Assembly (NCBI GenBank): GCA_050084985.1
Contig: JBITNC010000001.1
Span: 102,300,001-102,364,000 of the forward strand
Reading direction: 5' to 3'
DNA from: Nageia nagi
Lineage: Eukaryota > Plantae > Pinophyta
DNA length: 64,000 nt
Shown: positions 37,911 through 51,039 of the stretch, piece by piece
How positions within the stretch are numbered: the first letter of the stretch is position 1
Layout: every line of letters begins with the position of its first letter
Program-made: the position numbers and the translations under genes
The notes under the pieces: model-generated
The model's database searches: none
What the model was told of the DNA's origin: nothing
The model's input: only the letters and a program-made list of their open reading frames with translations

Positions 37911-40357
37911 CTATCATTTTATTTTAAGTATGTTTATTTTCGCATTTTCCAGCTAGACATTTTAATAGTATTTTTATTCCCAAACTCATGAATGATGAGG
38001 ATTTGCTCCCACGAGTTTGGAAGAAACCTTGTAATGCCATGTGGCATATTTTCATTGGACCGTATTTTATTTTTGATACTTGCAATTAGGGTTAGGACAA
38101 CATTGTTGGTTGCTCCTAACGTTATTTATACCCCACTCTGATTCATTTGAAGGAGGATTGACATTTTGACAACTTAATAGAAACTTTGCTGAACCAAAAT
38201 TGCTCTTAAGTGTTAAAAGTGGTGTATGTGTTGTGATTATGTACTTGTTCATGTTGGAATAGTGAATATGAATGAATGCTAGATAGTGTTATCTGTGTTC
38301 CTTCTATCATTACTTGATGTTATTTCAACTGACTTGGTACATTTCGTAAACTTCATTGAGGTGGACGAAAGCTTTTTTGCATATCTTGAGAAGTAGTTAA
38401 TTGATGTCTCATGGATGATATTTCACTATTTGCAATATAGATTTGGTAATCTTGGGATGCTTCACTGATGTTGTTTGTTGTAGGAACTTCACCCAAGTCC
38501 TTTAGTTCTACCTTGGTCTCACCCTATCTCATTGCCTCAACTTCACGCTCCATCCATTCAGCTATTCGTGTTGTTGGCTAGTGGATCGGATAGTGGGTGC
38601 CTGGAACCTGCATTGAACTCAAGTGAACCGACTTCCGAGAGTCCTTACCAAGCCCGTGAGCTCGTATACCCACTATTGCATCCTATTCCCACAGTCTCTC
38701 CACCAACTTTCCCCTTTTTATTTTACACCTTTTTTCCATGGTTTTCGCACCCCAATTCCCCTTTTTAGCATTCCAAAAACGACTTTATTAGAACCCAAAC
38801 ACAGAACTCAGAGTCCCTTGAATCCACACATGACATTCATGTTGGTGGCAGCTCTAAACATCTCAACCGTCTCCTGGGTTATCCTTGCTTAGCTCGCAAA
38901 GCCAAAACTTTAGGGTAACCAGTCCCCGTAGCAGGAGGGAGCAACGTCCCTCCACCTAAGGTGTTTGCGTTGTTCTCACTGCTTCAGGATAGGAAAGAAA
39001 AACACCCCAACACATCCTTATTACATCTTTGACTGAGCTCTGATTGTTTTTGTGTTGCCTTCAATTTACCCTCAAGCGACAGGTACTTAGATTGATGTTC
39101 ATTTCTAACGGAGTTAAATTCTTCAACCAACTCATACATTCTAGAGAGTGCAACTTGTTCCTTCTTCCTTGCTTCCATGAGATCTGATTTGGTATTTGCA
39201 AGCTCGTCCTTGAGTGATTCCATATCCTTAGCAAGGGAGACTATTCAAACTTAGCCTTTTCAACACGGGTGTTTGCCTCTTTTGGGTATACTTTGGGTAC
39301 TTGATTCTCTTTTCGCCTTTGTAGTGACGACATATGTGTGCTCTTTCCTCGATCTAGTGGAATAACTCTTTCTACATCTCGAACCATATTCAATATATCC
39401 TTCCTCCCTTTCAAATCCAAATGTTTCTTAAAGTCTACCACCTTTTTTGTAATTTTCTAATCTCTTATTGTACTCCATTTGTAACTTGTCTAATTTTGTT
39501 TCCTTTGGGTCGACAACTTCTTTCAACATAGTTATCAAGGTATCCATCTTTTGCTCTACCATCTTGCTAGTCAAATCTGCCACTTACTCCTTATTTCTCC
39601 ATAACCTAATTTGCTTTTCAAATTAAATTAAATCCCTCTTAAAATAATTTTAAACTCCTATAAACCTTGTCCCTCCACGCTTGCAAATTCAAATTTCCCC
39701 TCAAAATTTAAATTCTTGAAATTAAATTGGAAATTCAAATTTTCTCAAACGTGGAAAGTAATGTCTCCGGAATGGAACAATCTTGATCCAAGTGCAAGAT
39801 CTGATGGAAGGCTCAAACTAGGCTCTAGGGCCCCACATCTCACCTCTCACTCGTCAAACACTGTAATTTGGTGCAAAAAGCTCCAACATATGGTTTCAAA
39901 TGCCCAAAATCTGCAATTTGGATGTCAAAAGCTCTAACATTTTCCTCCAAGGGACCAACGAATGAGATCTAATGCCCAAAATGTGTCTTCAAAGATGCAA
40001 CGAATCAGTTGATGGCCTCAAAAACTTCCCAAAATTGATAAAACTCCTCAACGTCTCTCTTTGGCAACTCCAATTTCAAATTGAAATGCCCAAAATATCA
40101 ATCTTCTTTGTGATGGTACCACTATAATCCTTTCTTTTGACTTGATCTTGCCCAACGCAATGGAAAAAATCAATTTTCCACTTTGAACTTAAGCTAACAC
40201 CACTGAAAACTCCTTGAATTCCTTCTCTAGATCTTTACCCAACGGAATGGCAAGATCTAAACTCAGCAACTTCTCTCCAGCAAGACAGAGAGATCTTCTT
40301 CTCTTCAACAACTGAAAGTCTTCCAAGATCTAACCCAACAGGATGGCAAGATCTTAA

Positions 40358-40368
40358 CTTTGATACCA
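40358..40368 (-). other. Primer-binding site (tRNA-iMet type)
   Basis: Minus strand TGGTATCAAAG, 1 nt after the LTR end. Confidence 0.8.
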
Positions 40369-40369
40369 C

Positions 40370-41981
40370 TATGATGAGCCAAAGTAGGGCTCACTCAGAT
40401 CTTGCGCAAATCCTCAAATTCCAAAAATAAAATAATAATTAAAAATATCCAAAATGTCCCTAGGAGAGGGACATCACACTTTGAGCCTCAAATCTGGGGC
40501 AAAATGCTCCACAGCAGCCAATGTCACACCTCCAATGGCAAGATCAACTCAGTTAATCACAAAATACCATAGATCCAGCTAGGGAGTGAAGATATGCAAT
40601 AACAAACCCTCAATAATGTGTCCAATGTCCCAATATGAGAGCAATTATATCACATAAAACATCAATCATCCACAATGCCAACGTCTAGAGTAATGATGCC
40701 AAGCACTCACAAAATAGCCAAATTATGCCACAAATCCAACATCTAAGTAAAGAGAGCCTAATGCAGTAAAATAGCATGCAAATAGTAATGTAGTGAGCCA
40801 ATAAATGTAATTGCAATTGATATGGAAATAGAGATCTCAATTACAAATGGATGTGCACAAAGATTGATGCTCAAAGGCTTAGATCCGCAATGTGACAAGG
40901 CTTGCACCAGGGCTTCCTCCTTCAACATTTGTGATGGAATCTCAGAGATCCACTAGCAGTGTTCTACTAATCCAAGTGTAATGCCAACACCCCTTAAATA
41001 GCTAGCTAACAACTTGGGTTGTGCCAACCCCCAAGTGTGAGCCCACATAAGTCCTGTTATGTGCCCGGAAACAAGTACCTCACCCCGAAGAATGGAATCA
41101 AGGAAGAGCAACACCAAAGCCAAGAATAAGAAAGCATCATAATAATCGAATGCTATTGTCTTCTAAGAATCCTCCTTTTATAATGAGAGGTAGCTTCATG
41201 ATTAATCTAGAGTTGGTATTGATGTAATCTCATCCAACGATGTATTATTAGTCTAACGTTGGGATTGATGTAAGCTCATCCAACAGTGTCCAAGGGTGAT
41301 CCGTGTGCTCTCATATCTAATGCCTAAGATGAGGTGCCTTGGGATGGTGTAATCACATCCAATGGTGGTTAAATGTGTTCCTTGTGCAACATTGCCTTGT
41401 AGAAGACCCCTAGGTGCCTTGAGATACCAAATTACAAGATGCAAGGGCTAGATATGCAACGCCTCTTTAAGAGAGAATCATATTGCATTTACAATATTAA
41501 ATGAGCCTTGGAATACAAAAATATACAAATTTACTCCTAAAATAGAAATAAACCTACTCTAGGACCCAACATCCCATAACTGGAATAATTATTTATTTAT
41601 TTCAAGTATCCAAGTGGAACTTACATTAAAGGGTCGTTATTATAATAAAATTCATAAAATACTTTCTAACTAAACATAAATCATTCCTAGATAAACTAAA
41701 TTGCCTTTGCTCATTCTTAGAGGATGAACGTCACTCCTAGAGGAGTGAGAATTATGAATCTGCACGCGCGCCCAACATTGGGAATTTGGCTTGACAAGCA
41801 AACTTCAAAATGCCATAACTTCCTTGTTTCTTGACGAAACCATGTCATATAAGCTGTCAAAACGAATGGCACGAGGCCCTCTTTCCATTCCCAATGAAGA
41901 AACATCAATTTATGGATCATAGAAGATGAAATCTCCTTAAAACCAAAAATGAGTAGAGCTTTACAAATTGGGGACACTACA
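40370..41981 (-). mobile_element. 5' LTR (~1.6 kb) of the element carrying the coiled-coil ORF
   Basis: Plus-strand t(a)tgatgagccaaa...ggggacactaca. Termini match LTR 59768-61345 in reverse complement; PBS adjacent. Confidence 0.78.
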
Positions 41982-44176
41982 AACACGAGGCATTTTAGGC
42001 TTGGGTGTTGGAACGTTGGGAGTCCTAGATTTGACACCTATTTTGACCCATGTTTTTTTCCTTTGGCCTCTTGGATGATCTCTATGATAATTGTCGCAAT
42101 GATATTGAGTCGTTCCTTGCTTTCTTTTGATAATCTTTGACAATGATAATTCTTGAATATTGATCACGATATTTTTGTTGCATTTTCCTATATTTGAAAT
42201 AAACACTTAGGAGTGTCTTATAAAGGATTCAAAAATTTGATTTTTGAGTTCACCTAGGTGGACCCATTGAGCACAATGTGCATAGAAGACAATGCTAATT
42301 TATATAAAATCATTTATCCATGATTTACCCAAAGTGGATCCAAATTAACATTTTGTATGAAGCAAATAAGATCATTCTTAATAGCTAAAATGCAAATTTA
42401 AGTGCTTACAATAATGTAGTTGAATCTTCCATTCATCTGGCATTAACCCCTCAAATTTAAAAAATGGGTTCTTTTTGTTGATCTTACTCTAGTGGTGGTG
42501 GTTCTTACTAAATTAGTCTTCTTTGTATTTTGGGTAGATTTCTCCTCTGATTTTAGTAGTGTTGTTACCACTTTTTCTGTTTGCTTCATAATTTGTGGTC
42601 CCATAGTCTGATTTCTCCTGTAGCTTTCCAATATCTAAAATATAGTGGCTATGGTATTCCTAATATCATTTTTGTGAAAGATGGAGGTTTGGGTGTTGTA
42701 TTCGGCAAAATAAAGCAAGAAGCAACCGAGAAAACAATAAATTTTGTAGCAGCAATGAATGGGATCTACATTTTTGCAAAGTTCAGCGCATTTGCATTCT
42801 ACTTACCCAAAACACATGTTCTAGGTTTGTCTTCCTAGAGTGGATATGAGAAGTAGGTGTATCGAGAATGCCACAAGCCCCATACAAATCAATGATTATT
42901 GTATAATTTCTTGGCATCATAACAAACTCGTGAAACAAATCCACATCAACCAAAATATAAGTTGTAGGAGAGTGAGGGATGTCTCCCCACCTGCCTGACA
43001 CACAAGGAAACGCCTACACAACGCTCATATTCCTCCCAGGTCTCAACATATTACATCCTTCTTCAGAACAGATACAAATACTGGCTATAAAGATTAGAGA
43101 GACCCCAACACAACATCTACATCAAGAGCATCCTCATACTCTCCCTAGATCATGTGGATAGTGCTATTTATTATATTTTTGAGCCGCTTTTAGGGTTTTG
43201 ACCCATTTTGTTGACTATTGTAGCACTTTTTTTTTCTATTGTTTTTAGCTTTAGTCACCAAATTGCTTTACGAGTAAATACTCCAGTCCCATTGACCGCT
43301 CTTGGTCACCAATGGACATTAATATATTTTCACTCTTTCCTTCTTTTCCTTCATTCTTAGTTAATAGATAATATGCAATCTTATAAATGTCAATACATGC
43401 ATTATGAAGAATTTAATCCTTGTTTCAAAACCAGAGGTTGTTAATGATGCAACAGGGATTTGTTCATGCAACATGCATGGGGAACCACATCTACAACAAA
43501 TGATCTAAGAGATGCCATGAAAATTCAAAAAATATAAAACAGGGTAAAGATTGATGGCGAATTCTGTATATGAAAAACATCTAAGAACTGGACCCCAGAT
43601 CAGAAGACAGAATAGAGTATCAAGTTATGTGAGCTATTCTGATGCCTAGTCATTACGGAATACTAGAACACTTTGTATTTAAGATCTTAAATTGTTCAGG
43701 ATCCTGTAAGCATATGCTGTGGATTGAGCTTCTTTACTTAATGTAGCTTATACAAGTAGAGCCTGAGCATAGACTTTGTCCCTTACTGGTAGTAGGGAAA
43801 ACATGATTGAATGCCACTAACAAAAGAGAAAAGGCCACTCAGTGATGAAATGGAATATGAACTTCTGCAAGGAGTTTTTTCAGGTTTCATCTTTCTGGAG
43901 CATTTCCCTAATTTTTCTTTATCATTTCCTGGTTGAAACAATTTGCATATGATTCATCAGATATAACAATTTGGAAACTAGCTAGAGACTTAATAAATGG
44001 GATAAGAATTTATTTGAAAAGATGAATGATATAAGAAATCAATACTCTATTCTTTCCTAATTAAGTAATCTGTTATACAAAATGGAGACCAAATCAAAAG
44101 CTAAGATTCTCAAAAAATGAATTAGCCTCAAATTAAAGCTGTAACAACTAAGTACTATGCTACCCAAGTATTTCAC

Positions 44177-44330
44177 CTGCCAGCTTGGAACAAGATACGG
44201 CACACCAAGATCAGCACCAATGCGTTTTGCCACAAGAATATGGCCAATTTCATGGGCTCCCAGTATTGCAACTGTGATCAACGCACCAGGAAGGCCTTCC
44301 TTCAAAAGTTCAAGGTTTCCAAAAGATGAC
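44177..44330 (-). CDS. EGY2: EGY2-like exon containing the HExxH motif
   Basis: aatag|..|gtgaa, 154 bp. SSFGNLELLKEGLPGALITVAILGAHEIGHILVAKRIGADLGVPYLVPSWQ. Confidence 0.97.
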
Positions 44331-44899
44331 CTATTAAGTTGAACACATGATACTATACAAGAATTAAAATCCTTCATAAGAAAAAGCGAATTCAACAATT
44401 GACTCCCATTCCTAAGATTCGCTTAAATTCAAATGAAAATATAAATTTCAATAAACAACTAGAATGCATTTCTAACATATTTTATCTAATATTTAGCACT
44501 ATAATTTTATGGTACGCCCTGTTATTATACTTCTATACAAAACTATCTTCCTCTTGATGAATAATACAAGTCTGGATAATAGACAAAATGAAGTAAGGGC
44601 ATCAAATTGCTTTCAAAGTTTATGAATCTTGCCAGAGAATTCTTAAACAATGAATTTAATTTTAAACATATGATAATTCATGCAAAAGCATATTAAATGA
44701 AAAATCACAAAATTTCCAACTTTTGTCAAGTGCATACATAACTTAAGAGACATTGAAAATCTTCCCATGAATAGTATGTCTTAATAGACCTGATTAGAGA
44801 TTAACAAAACAACAAAATAGTAAAAGACAGCAGAAACTGCAGTGGAATCTATGTCGGCAAATCATAGTAGCCTTCTAAGAAGCCATTGAGATGTCAAGG

Positions 44900-45780
44900 C
44901 AATATGAAATATTCCACTGAGGATTTATCCATATCAAAGATCTGATTGCCCGATTATCAATGTTGTTTTCTGCACTTGTAACAGCTCCAGATGCTATGAC
45001 AAAAGTTTCCAAGAAAAAATAAAATGCATTTTACAGATTGTTGATACTTTTTGTGTTAAAAAATAATCATCAGCAAATTGAACATTCAGAAGTTGCTTCC
45101 CAGCAAGAAGTTCAGTACCATGAATCTGATTATCCATTTGAGATGTCTCTAGAAGGCAACCAATGGCATCTGTAGCCATTGCATTAAGATATTGAGCCAA
45201 AAGGTAACATTTTCAAATCAAATGTAATATCATTGGCAAATGCATTGGAAACCAATGTTTGGCATTTGAACAGCTCTATGAAAAAGCTGATCTGACCAAA
45301 GCTCAGCTAGCCCAAAATGTATATAATCAATTTTATTTAATTCTGCCATAAGCTTCCTCAAAGTCAATTTTCAAGAAAAGTTGTTTCTTGTCCATGCTAA
45401 ATAGTCCATTCAGCATCTTCCCATGATGTACCAATATTGTTAATAAATATCCTCTATGGGTACTGCTTTTTATTTACAAACAATCCACCTAACTAACATT
45501 CTAACCCTTCGAGTAAGAATTTTTTTGCAGGAAGAGTAATACGGCATCATACTCAACCCATTTGTCTTTTAGAACCTTTGTGAATAAGCTTAATGATGCC
45601 TATATTAGTTTCCTCACACGAGCCCCTTCCTTATTAACACCCTTGACAAAACTGAAAATTATGAAAGAAAATTCAGTGTGGGCATAATATTGATCTTTCC
45701 CAGTTAAAATTCTTAACAAGATCTTGGCAGTTACTCATCTCTATCACTCTTTGAGTATCATTTCATTTATGATAGCTTAT
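44900..45780 (-). mobile_element. L1-type LINE reverse-transcriptase remnant
   Basis: LFLKIDFEEAY (cf. LKLDFEKAYD) and LLNVQFADD; heavily disrupted. Confidence 0.75.
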
Positions 45781-46215
45781 AAAAGATTAGAAAAGGTACT
45801 CGAGAAGAAATCATGGTTACAAAATTCAGTGAATATTAAGTTTCTGTGACCAAATATTTGCCAAGTCAATGAAAATAAATGATCATTTTTCCGCAAAAAT
45901 CACACATTCTAAGAATATGTAATTTTTACCAAGTCATAGCCACTGAAATTTGAATTCATTTTATGTAAATTTAGTAGATTTTTGCATTTTTAATATGCAG
46001 CTTTTATCCATTTTTTTTTTTGCTAACTATTCTATAAATGGCGAAATTTCAAAAGTTTGAACCTAAACAAATATTGGCCAAATCCAAATTTCACTACTAT
46101 GCTCAAAATTTAGAAATATTCTATCGAATAAGCAATAAGGGTAAAAAAAAGTATAGCATTTTGTCGCCTCTAATTTGTGCAATCTCCCTAGGAAGTATTG
46201 TCGCACAATGCATTG

Positions 46216-48290
46216 TGTTGCATTGGATCGCTAATACTTCTTGTATACAATACAAAATGCAACAAATCTACAAAGATTAGACTTTGACAAACTCTCTAGA
46301 AATAGACCAGATCCTATTTGCATAACCATTTGGCTATTCTTATATTCATACTAACTTATAAATTGTCAGGTCCAGCACTTAACTCCATGCAAAAAGCATT
46401 GTATTGGATTCAAAATGGAAAGATATACATGAGAATGATACATTATGGAATCACCTTGAGTTGGTGTCCACTTGGCAACAAAAAACTATTAATATTCTTT
46501 CTAGTGTAACTCCCTAAAAAAGCTATGACACCTTAGCTACAAAATTAACATCTAAAAATAATAAATCTAATATCATCCTAAAGATTATGATTCTAACATT
46601 CCCAGCATTAATCCAAAGGGGTATTTGTAAGTCCAAGCATTTTTTGAATTTCTCTCATCCAAGCGCCTTGGTGAAGACGTCTACAGTTTGCTCATCAATG
46701 GAACAATGTTTCAATTCAATTATTTGAACTCAACATGATATCGAATCAAATGATATTTTGTATTGATGTGCTTTGTTCGATCATGAATTTTAGGATGCTT
46801 GGCCAATTTTATTGCTCAAGTGTTATCAATCAAAAGTGGAGTGGGATGGACATGTTTCTCCTGCAAATCTTCTAGTATTTTCCTAAACTACACAATCTCC
46901 TTTGTTGCCTTTGCAATAGCCACATATTATGCCTCTATAGTGGAATCTATTGGAATGGACTATTTTTGTGACCTCCAAGAGATAGTTTTCGATTCAAGAC
47001 TCGTGAGATAGCCTGCAAAAGAAACTCCATTCTCCTTATCACCATCAAAGTCTAAATCTGAATATCCAATCAATTCAAAGTCTCCCACCTTTGAATATTT
47101 GAGCCAAAAATCTTGTGTTCCTTTCAAATATCTGAGGACTCTCTTTGCTACTACCCAATGTCCTTCACACAATTTTTGCACAAACTGAGAAAGTATTCTT
47201 CAAGCAAATAAAATATTTGGTCTACTTGTGGTTAAATAACTGAGACTTCCTACAAGTTGTCTATATCTAGTAGCATCCTCAAATTGATCTCCTTCAATTG
47301 ATTTCAACTTCAAATTTTGTTCCATTGGAGTAGAAAGAGGTTTACAAAAATCTATTTAAAAATTCTCCAATGTACTTTCTTTGGGAAATGAATATGTACT
47401 TTGATGTTTGATTCACTTCAACACCCAAGCAGTAGTGAAGATGTCCCATATATGTCATTTCAAAGCCTTTCTTCAACTCTTGTTTCACAAATGCAATGTA
47501 CCCTTGATTGTTCCCTAATATCAAAAGATCGTTTACATACACCACAAGATACACAATCGTTTTGCCAACTTTCCTGACAAACAATGTTGCATTATCAAGG
47601 TTGAAGTGCTGGAAATTAATTTTTTAAAGTACTCGGTAAGCTTTTCATACCATGCGCAAGTAGCTTGCTTTAGGCCATACAAAGACGTGATGAGCTTGTT
47701 CTTGACCATTCATTGCAAATCCTTCTTGTTGTGTCATGTATACATTCTCTTTCATATCACCATTCAATAATGTTGTCTTCACATCCATTTGATGAACATT
47801 CCATCCATACAAAGTTGGCATAGCCAAAAAGAACAAATGGTAGCCCATTTAGCTATAGGAGAAAAATGTCTCATCATAGTCAATACCTTCTTTCTATGCA
47901 AAACCTTTAGCCACAAGCCTCTCTTTAAGTTTGTCAACTAAGTCGCTGATTTGCACTTGTTTTTGTAGACCCGCTTGCAACCTATTGGTTTGGTTCCATA
48001 TAGAGGATCCAACAACTTTTGTGTTCCATTCTTGATGAGAGCATCATTTTCTTTCTTCGTAGCATCTTTCCACACATCATGCAAAATAGTTTTGTTTAAA
48101 GGAAGTGGGCTCAAAATCAATAGAAAAATTCAAATCACAATCAAATGAAAATTCCATATCATCAACATCATTATCATCACTCAAATTTCAATCTTCTGCC
48201 ACTTCATCTTCTTGTCTATCTCGATAGGAACTCCTAGTTCTCATTTTCCCCACTTCATCAAGATGAACACTTTCAAGTGTTTTTGAGATT
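46216..48290 (-). mobile_element. Degenerate Copia 3' half (RT, RNase H) with probable 3' LTR at ~46216-46598
   Basis: VHQMDVKT.LLNG, LVVYVNDLL, AKRVLRYLKGT, GYSDLDF, ISWRSQK; gggaa-TGTTAG junction at 46598. Confidence 0.88.
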
Positions 48291-48580
48291 ATACAAGTAA
48301 TGCATGTTCACTCACATAGCTCAGACTGTACATCAGGGAAGAGGGAGAGCTAATACTTTACGTTGATAACTAATTGACCCTTCATGCAAGTGACAATTAG
48401 ATGTTTTTGTTACAATTATGGTTGTATGCAAACAGGGATTCCATGTCATTGATATATCACCAATTCTGCGGGAACTATACTATCCAAAGGGTAATTGACA
48501 GAAACAGTTGGAATAGGCTCAGGAGTCAATCAATTGGGGTATTCTAGGAGTCCTCTTGAAACACAGATCCCAAAAAAGAT

Positions 48581-48912
48581 AGCTTAGTCAAGGTATAGTG
48601 CTAGGGAAATGTCGTATTGTGTTATAGTTGCCAAGTTTTCTCCTAACAAAAAATAGAATGAATATTAGTAGTGGTAGATGTGAAACTGTTAACAAATAAA
48701 AGCCCAAAAATTTACGATCAGTGCAATTTCACATGCATATGAATAAAGTTGTATAAGCTTAGTCAAGGTATAGTGCTAGGGAGATGTCGTATTGTGTTAT
48801 AGTTGCCAAGTTTTCTCCTAACAAAAAAAAGAATGAATATTAGTAGCGGTAGATGTGAAACTGTTAACAAATAAAAGCCCGAAAATTTACGATCAGTGCA
48901 ATTCACATGCAT
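48581..48912. repeat. Two-copy ~175-bp tandem duplication in intron
   Basis: Near-identical copies start agcttagtcaaggtatagtgctaggg at 48581 and 48756. Confidence 0.95.
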
Positions 48913-49324
48913 AAGCTTGTTCTGTAAAGTTGGAAGAGAATTCAGAAATAGAAGCATATCTATAATGTTCACATGCATAGTTGCATTTCAAACAGTAACA
49001 ATGTTTGATTTATTGGCTGGACTGTACAAACCACATCATTAAGGAAAAAGTTCAAATGTTATCCTAAAGTGTTTTTTTGAATCCTATGGTGCTTTCCTGT
49101 GAGTTTGTAAAAATCATAGAGAGACAAAGAAAAATATGATAATTGAACCAATAGTTGAGATTGATACCATGTGTGTAATCATGATCCCATTTCAGTGCTG
49201 TTTAAGAGAAAGCAAAAAAGAACAATTCAAAAATCCAGAACATTTCTTGTTGTCCAAAGGAAATTATAAATGGGAAGATTGTTGTGACTCTACATCTAAC
49301 CCAAAAAGGGAGTAAGAAGCATAC

Positions 49325-49418
49325 AACAAGTTCAGTTGGAGGGCAGGTGCATTTCGGAGAAGAATAGTGGATACAGTCACCAATCCAAACGCAGATGCTG
49401 CAAACCACTCTGGTACAG
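49325..49418 (-). CDS. EGY2: EGY2-like exon
   Basis: tgcag|..|gtatg, 94 bp. VPEWFAASAFGLVTVSTILLRNAPALQLNL. Confidence 0.95.
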
Positions 49419-50028
49419 CTGCACACATTCAATCATCATCTGCAACGATTATGGACAATGTTTTTGGTAAATTTATGTTTGTATATCAAGTTGCTGAAGA
49501 TGTATGCATGTCTGTGTCAATATTTGTTATGCTGCCATCAAGTTGTGTGTCCCTGTGTAGGTAGAGGAGACAAGAACAACGAACACATTCAATTATTGTT
49601 GTAATTTGTAATTAAATAATTATCATAAATGGAAAATTATTTTACATTGTTTTCTTTTTCTTTTTGCTAAAGAATTGGTTCATTAAGATTTTAATGAATG
49701 ATGTTACACTAAGATCTTATATGTGACATCTATGTTTTTCCATGTTCCATGCTCATGTGACTTAAAGAAAATGAAGAAGAAATGAAGATAATGCTTAGGC
49801 CTTCTGGAATTTATTAATTAAGAAAAACTTCAAGATTTGTCTTAAAACAAATAGTTTAAATAGCATGCAAACTTGCAAATTAAGTATCATATGAAAAACC
49901 ATAGCTTTAGGACATTTATTGGTACTGGCTGACATCTTAACCACTACTTAGTTTCCTTCAAACAATTTGTAAGACCCACAGTGATAACATCCATAAATAC
50001 ACCAGTTAAATAAAGCACAAACAGTTAC

Positions 50029-50134
50029 CAGTTGGCTCTGACTGTAAGGATTCCTTCGGGACAACCACTGCAACTGGCCTGTCATCTTCTGGATTGACTA
50101 GAAGGAAAAGCTTGTACTGCTCTCCAAACCTTTC
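50029..50134 (-). CDS. EGY2: EGY2-like exon
   Basis: tctag|..|gtaac, 106 bp. ERFGEQYKLFLLVNPEDDRPVAVVVPKESLQSEPT. Confidence 0.95.
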
Positions 50135-50225
50135 CTAGAATAGACAAATTTAAAACTTCTGAACAGCATTGGAGAACCATAGTGCGATATCTTCCAAAAT
50201 AGAATAGGAATAATTTGAAACAAAC

Positions 50226-50300
50226 CAGAAATTTTTTGGCTAGTTTTGTATAGCTTTTAGTTGCCTCACCACGCAGATTCCCCTTAAATAAGACTCCTCC
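50226..50300 (-). CDS. EGY2: EGY2-like exon
   Basis: atcag|..|gtttg, 75 bp. GGVLFKGNLRGEATKSYTKLAKKFL. Confidence 0.95.
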
Positions 50301-51039
50301 CTGATTATCACCAAAAGAAATATATATACATATATATTGAATTCTGGCATCAGAAAACTAATAACAGTTTCATGGAACTGTAACGATAATGTTTTTTTCA
50401 ACGGCAAAAGCTCTTTAAGAATGATGACATGTTAAATGCTCTTTAAGAATGACAACATGTTATATGCTCACCAGAAAAACATGAACATGAGAATAGTTAT
50501 GGATCACTTGTAACTTGTAAGGGATCGAATAAAATATAGAACAAGCAGAAGCACTTTTGTCACAAGACTCAATTAGATAGCAATTATAAATATAGGTATT
50601 AATTAAGTCATGATAAAGCAATTATAAATACATGCATCATTTATCAACAATAAACCTCCACAACCAAGCCATCAACAAATGTATGTTTCTTAACTACAAA
50701 CTCTAAAGGTTTATAGCTTATCGTAATTAAAAGCACTCAATATTTGTTACGAAAAAAATGGTAAGCTTGTTGAAAATAATTAAACCTTATGATAGAGTAT
50801 CATCAAATTTCTCTTATACTTTTCCCTCAAATATCAATGACATAAAAAGATGGAAAATAGAATTACAACATCTTAAGGATAGCTTACAAGGCCTAGTTAG
50901 GCAGTGGTTACTCTGGATGAAGCAAATGTTTGAATGGTTTAAAATTAATTTAGAAAATCCAACAGCAAATACAATGTTACTTATGCTATTCCTTGTAAAT
51001 TGATGCAACCAACTTGTGATCCTACTTATCAAGAACTGT

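Larger units (their letters stand above)
29678..39012 (+). mobile_element. Giant solo-LTR-like unit (~5.8 kb without the nested hAT), TSD CATCC
   Basis: TGTTG...CAACA termini; catcc at 29673-29677 and 39013-39017. No gag/pol and no second terminal repeat seen inside. Confidence 0.82.
28580..39562 (-). pseudogene. WEB-family-like coiled-coil ORF inside an LTR element, split by insertion 29678-39012; outer limits approximate
   Basis: Removing the insertion and one TSD joins ...SQRCNK-DV-SNKEKSL... in frame. Motifs MESLKDELANTKSDL..LVEEFNSVRNE and LKDALLDKENELQNILQENE. Confidence 0.65.

Noticed and set aside
40365-41986. accac/aacac as the TSD of a solo LTR
   Set aside because: The left 5-mer is part of a canonical PBS, so a 5' LTR is preferred. 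The matching 3' LTR was not found, so some doubt remains.
45812-46101. Possible hAT-derived MITE (catggt...actatg)
   Set aside because: No convincing 8-bp TSD, and the TIRs are weak.
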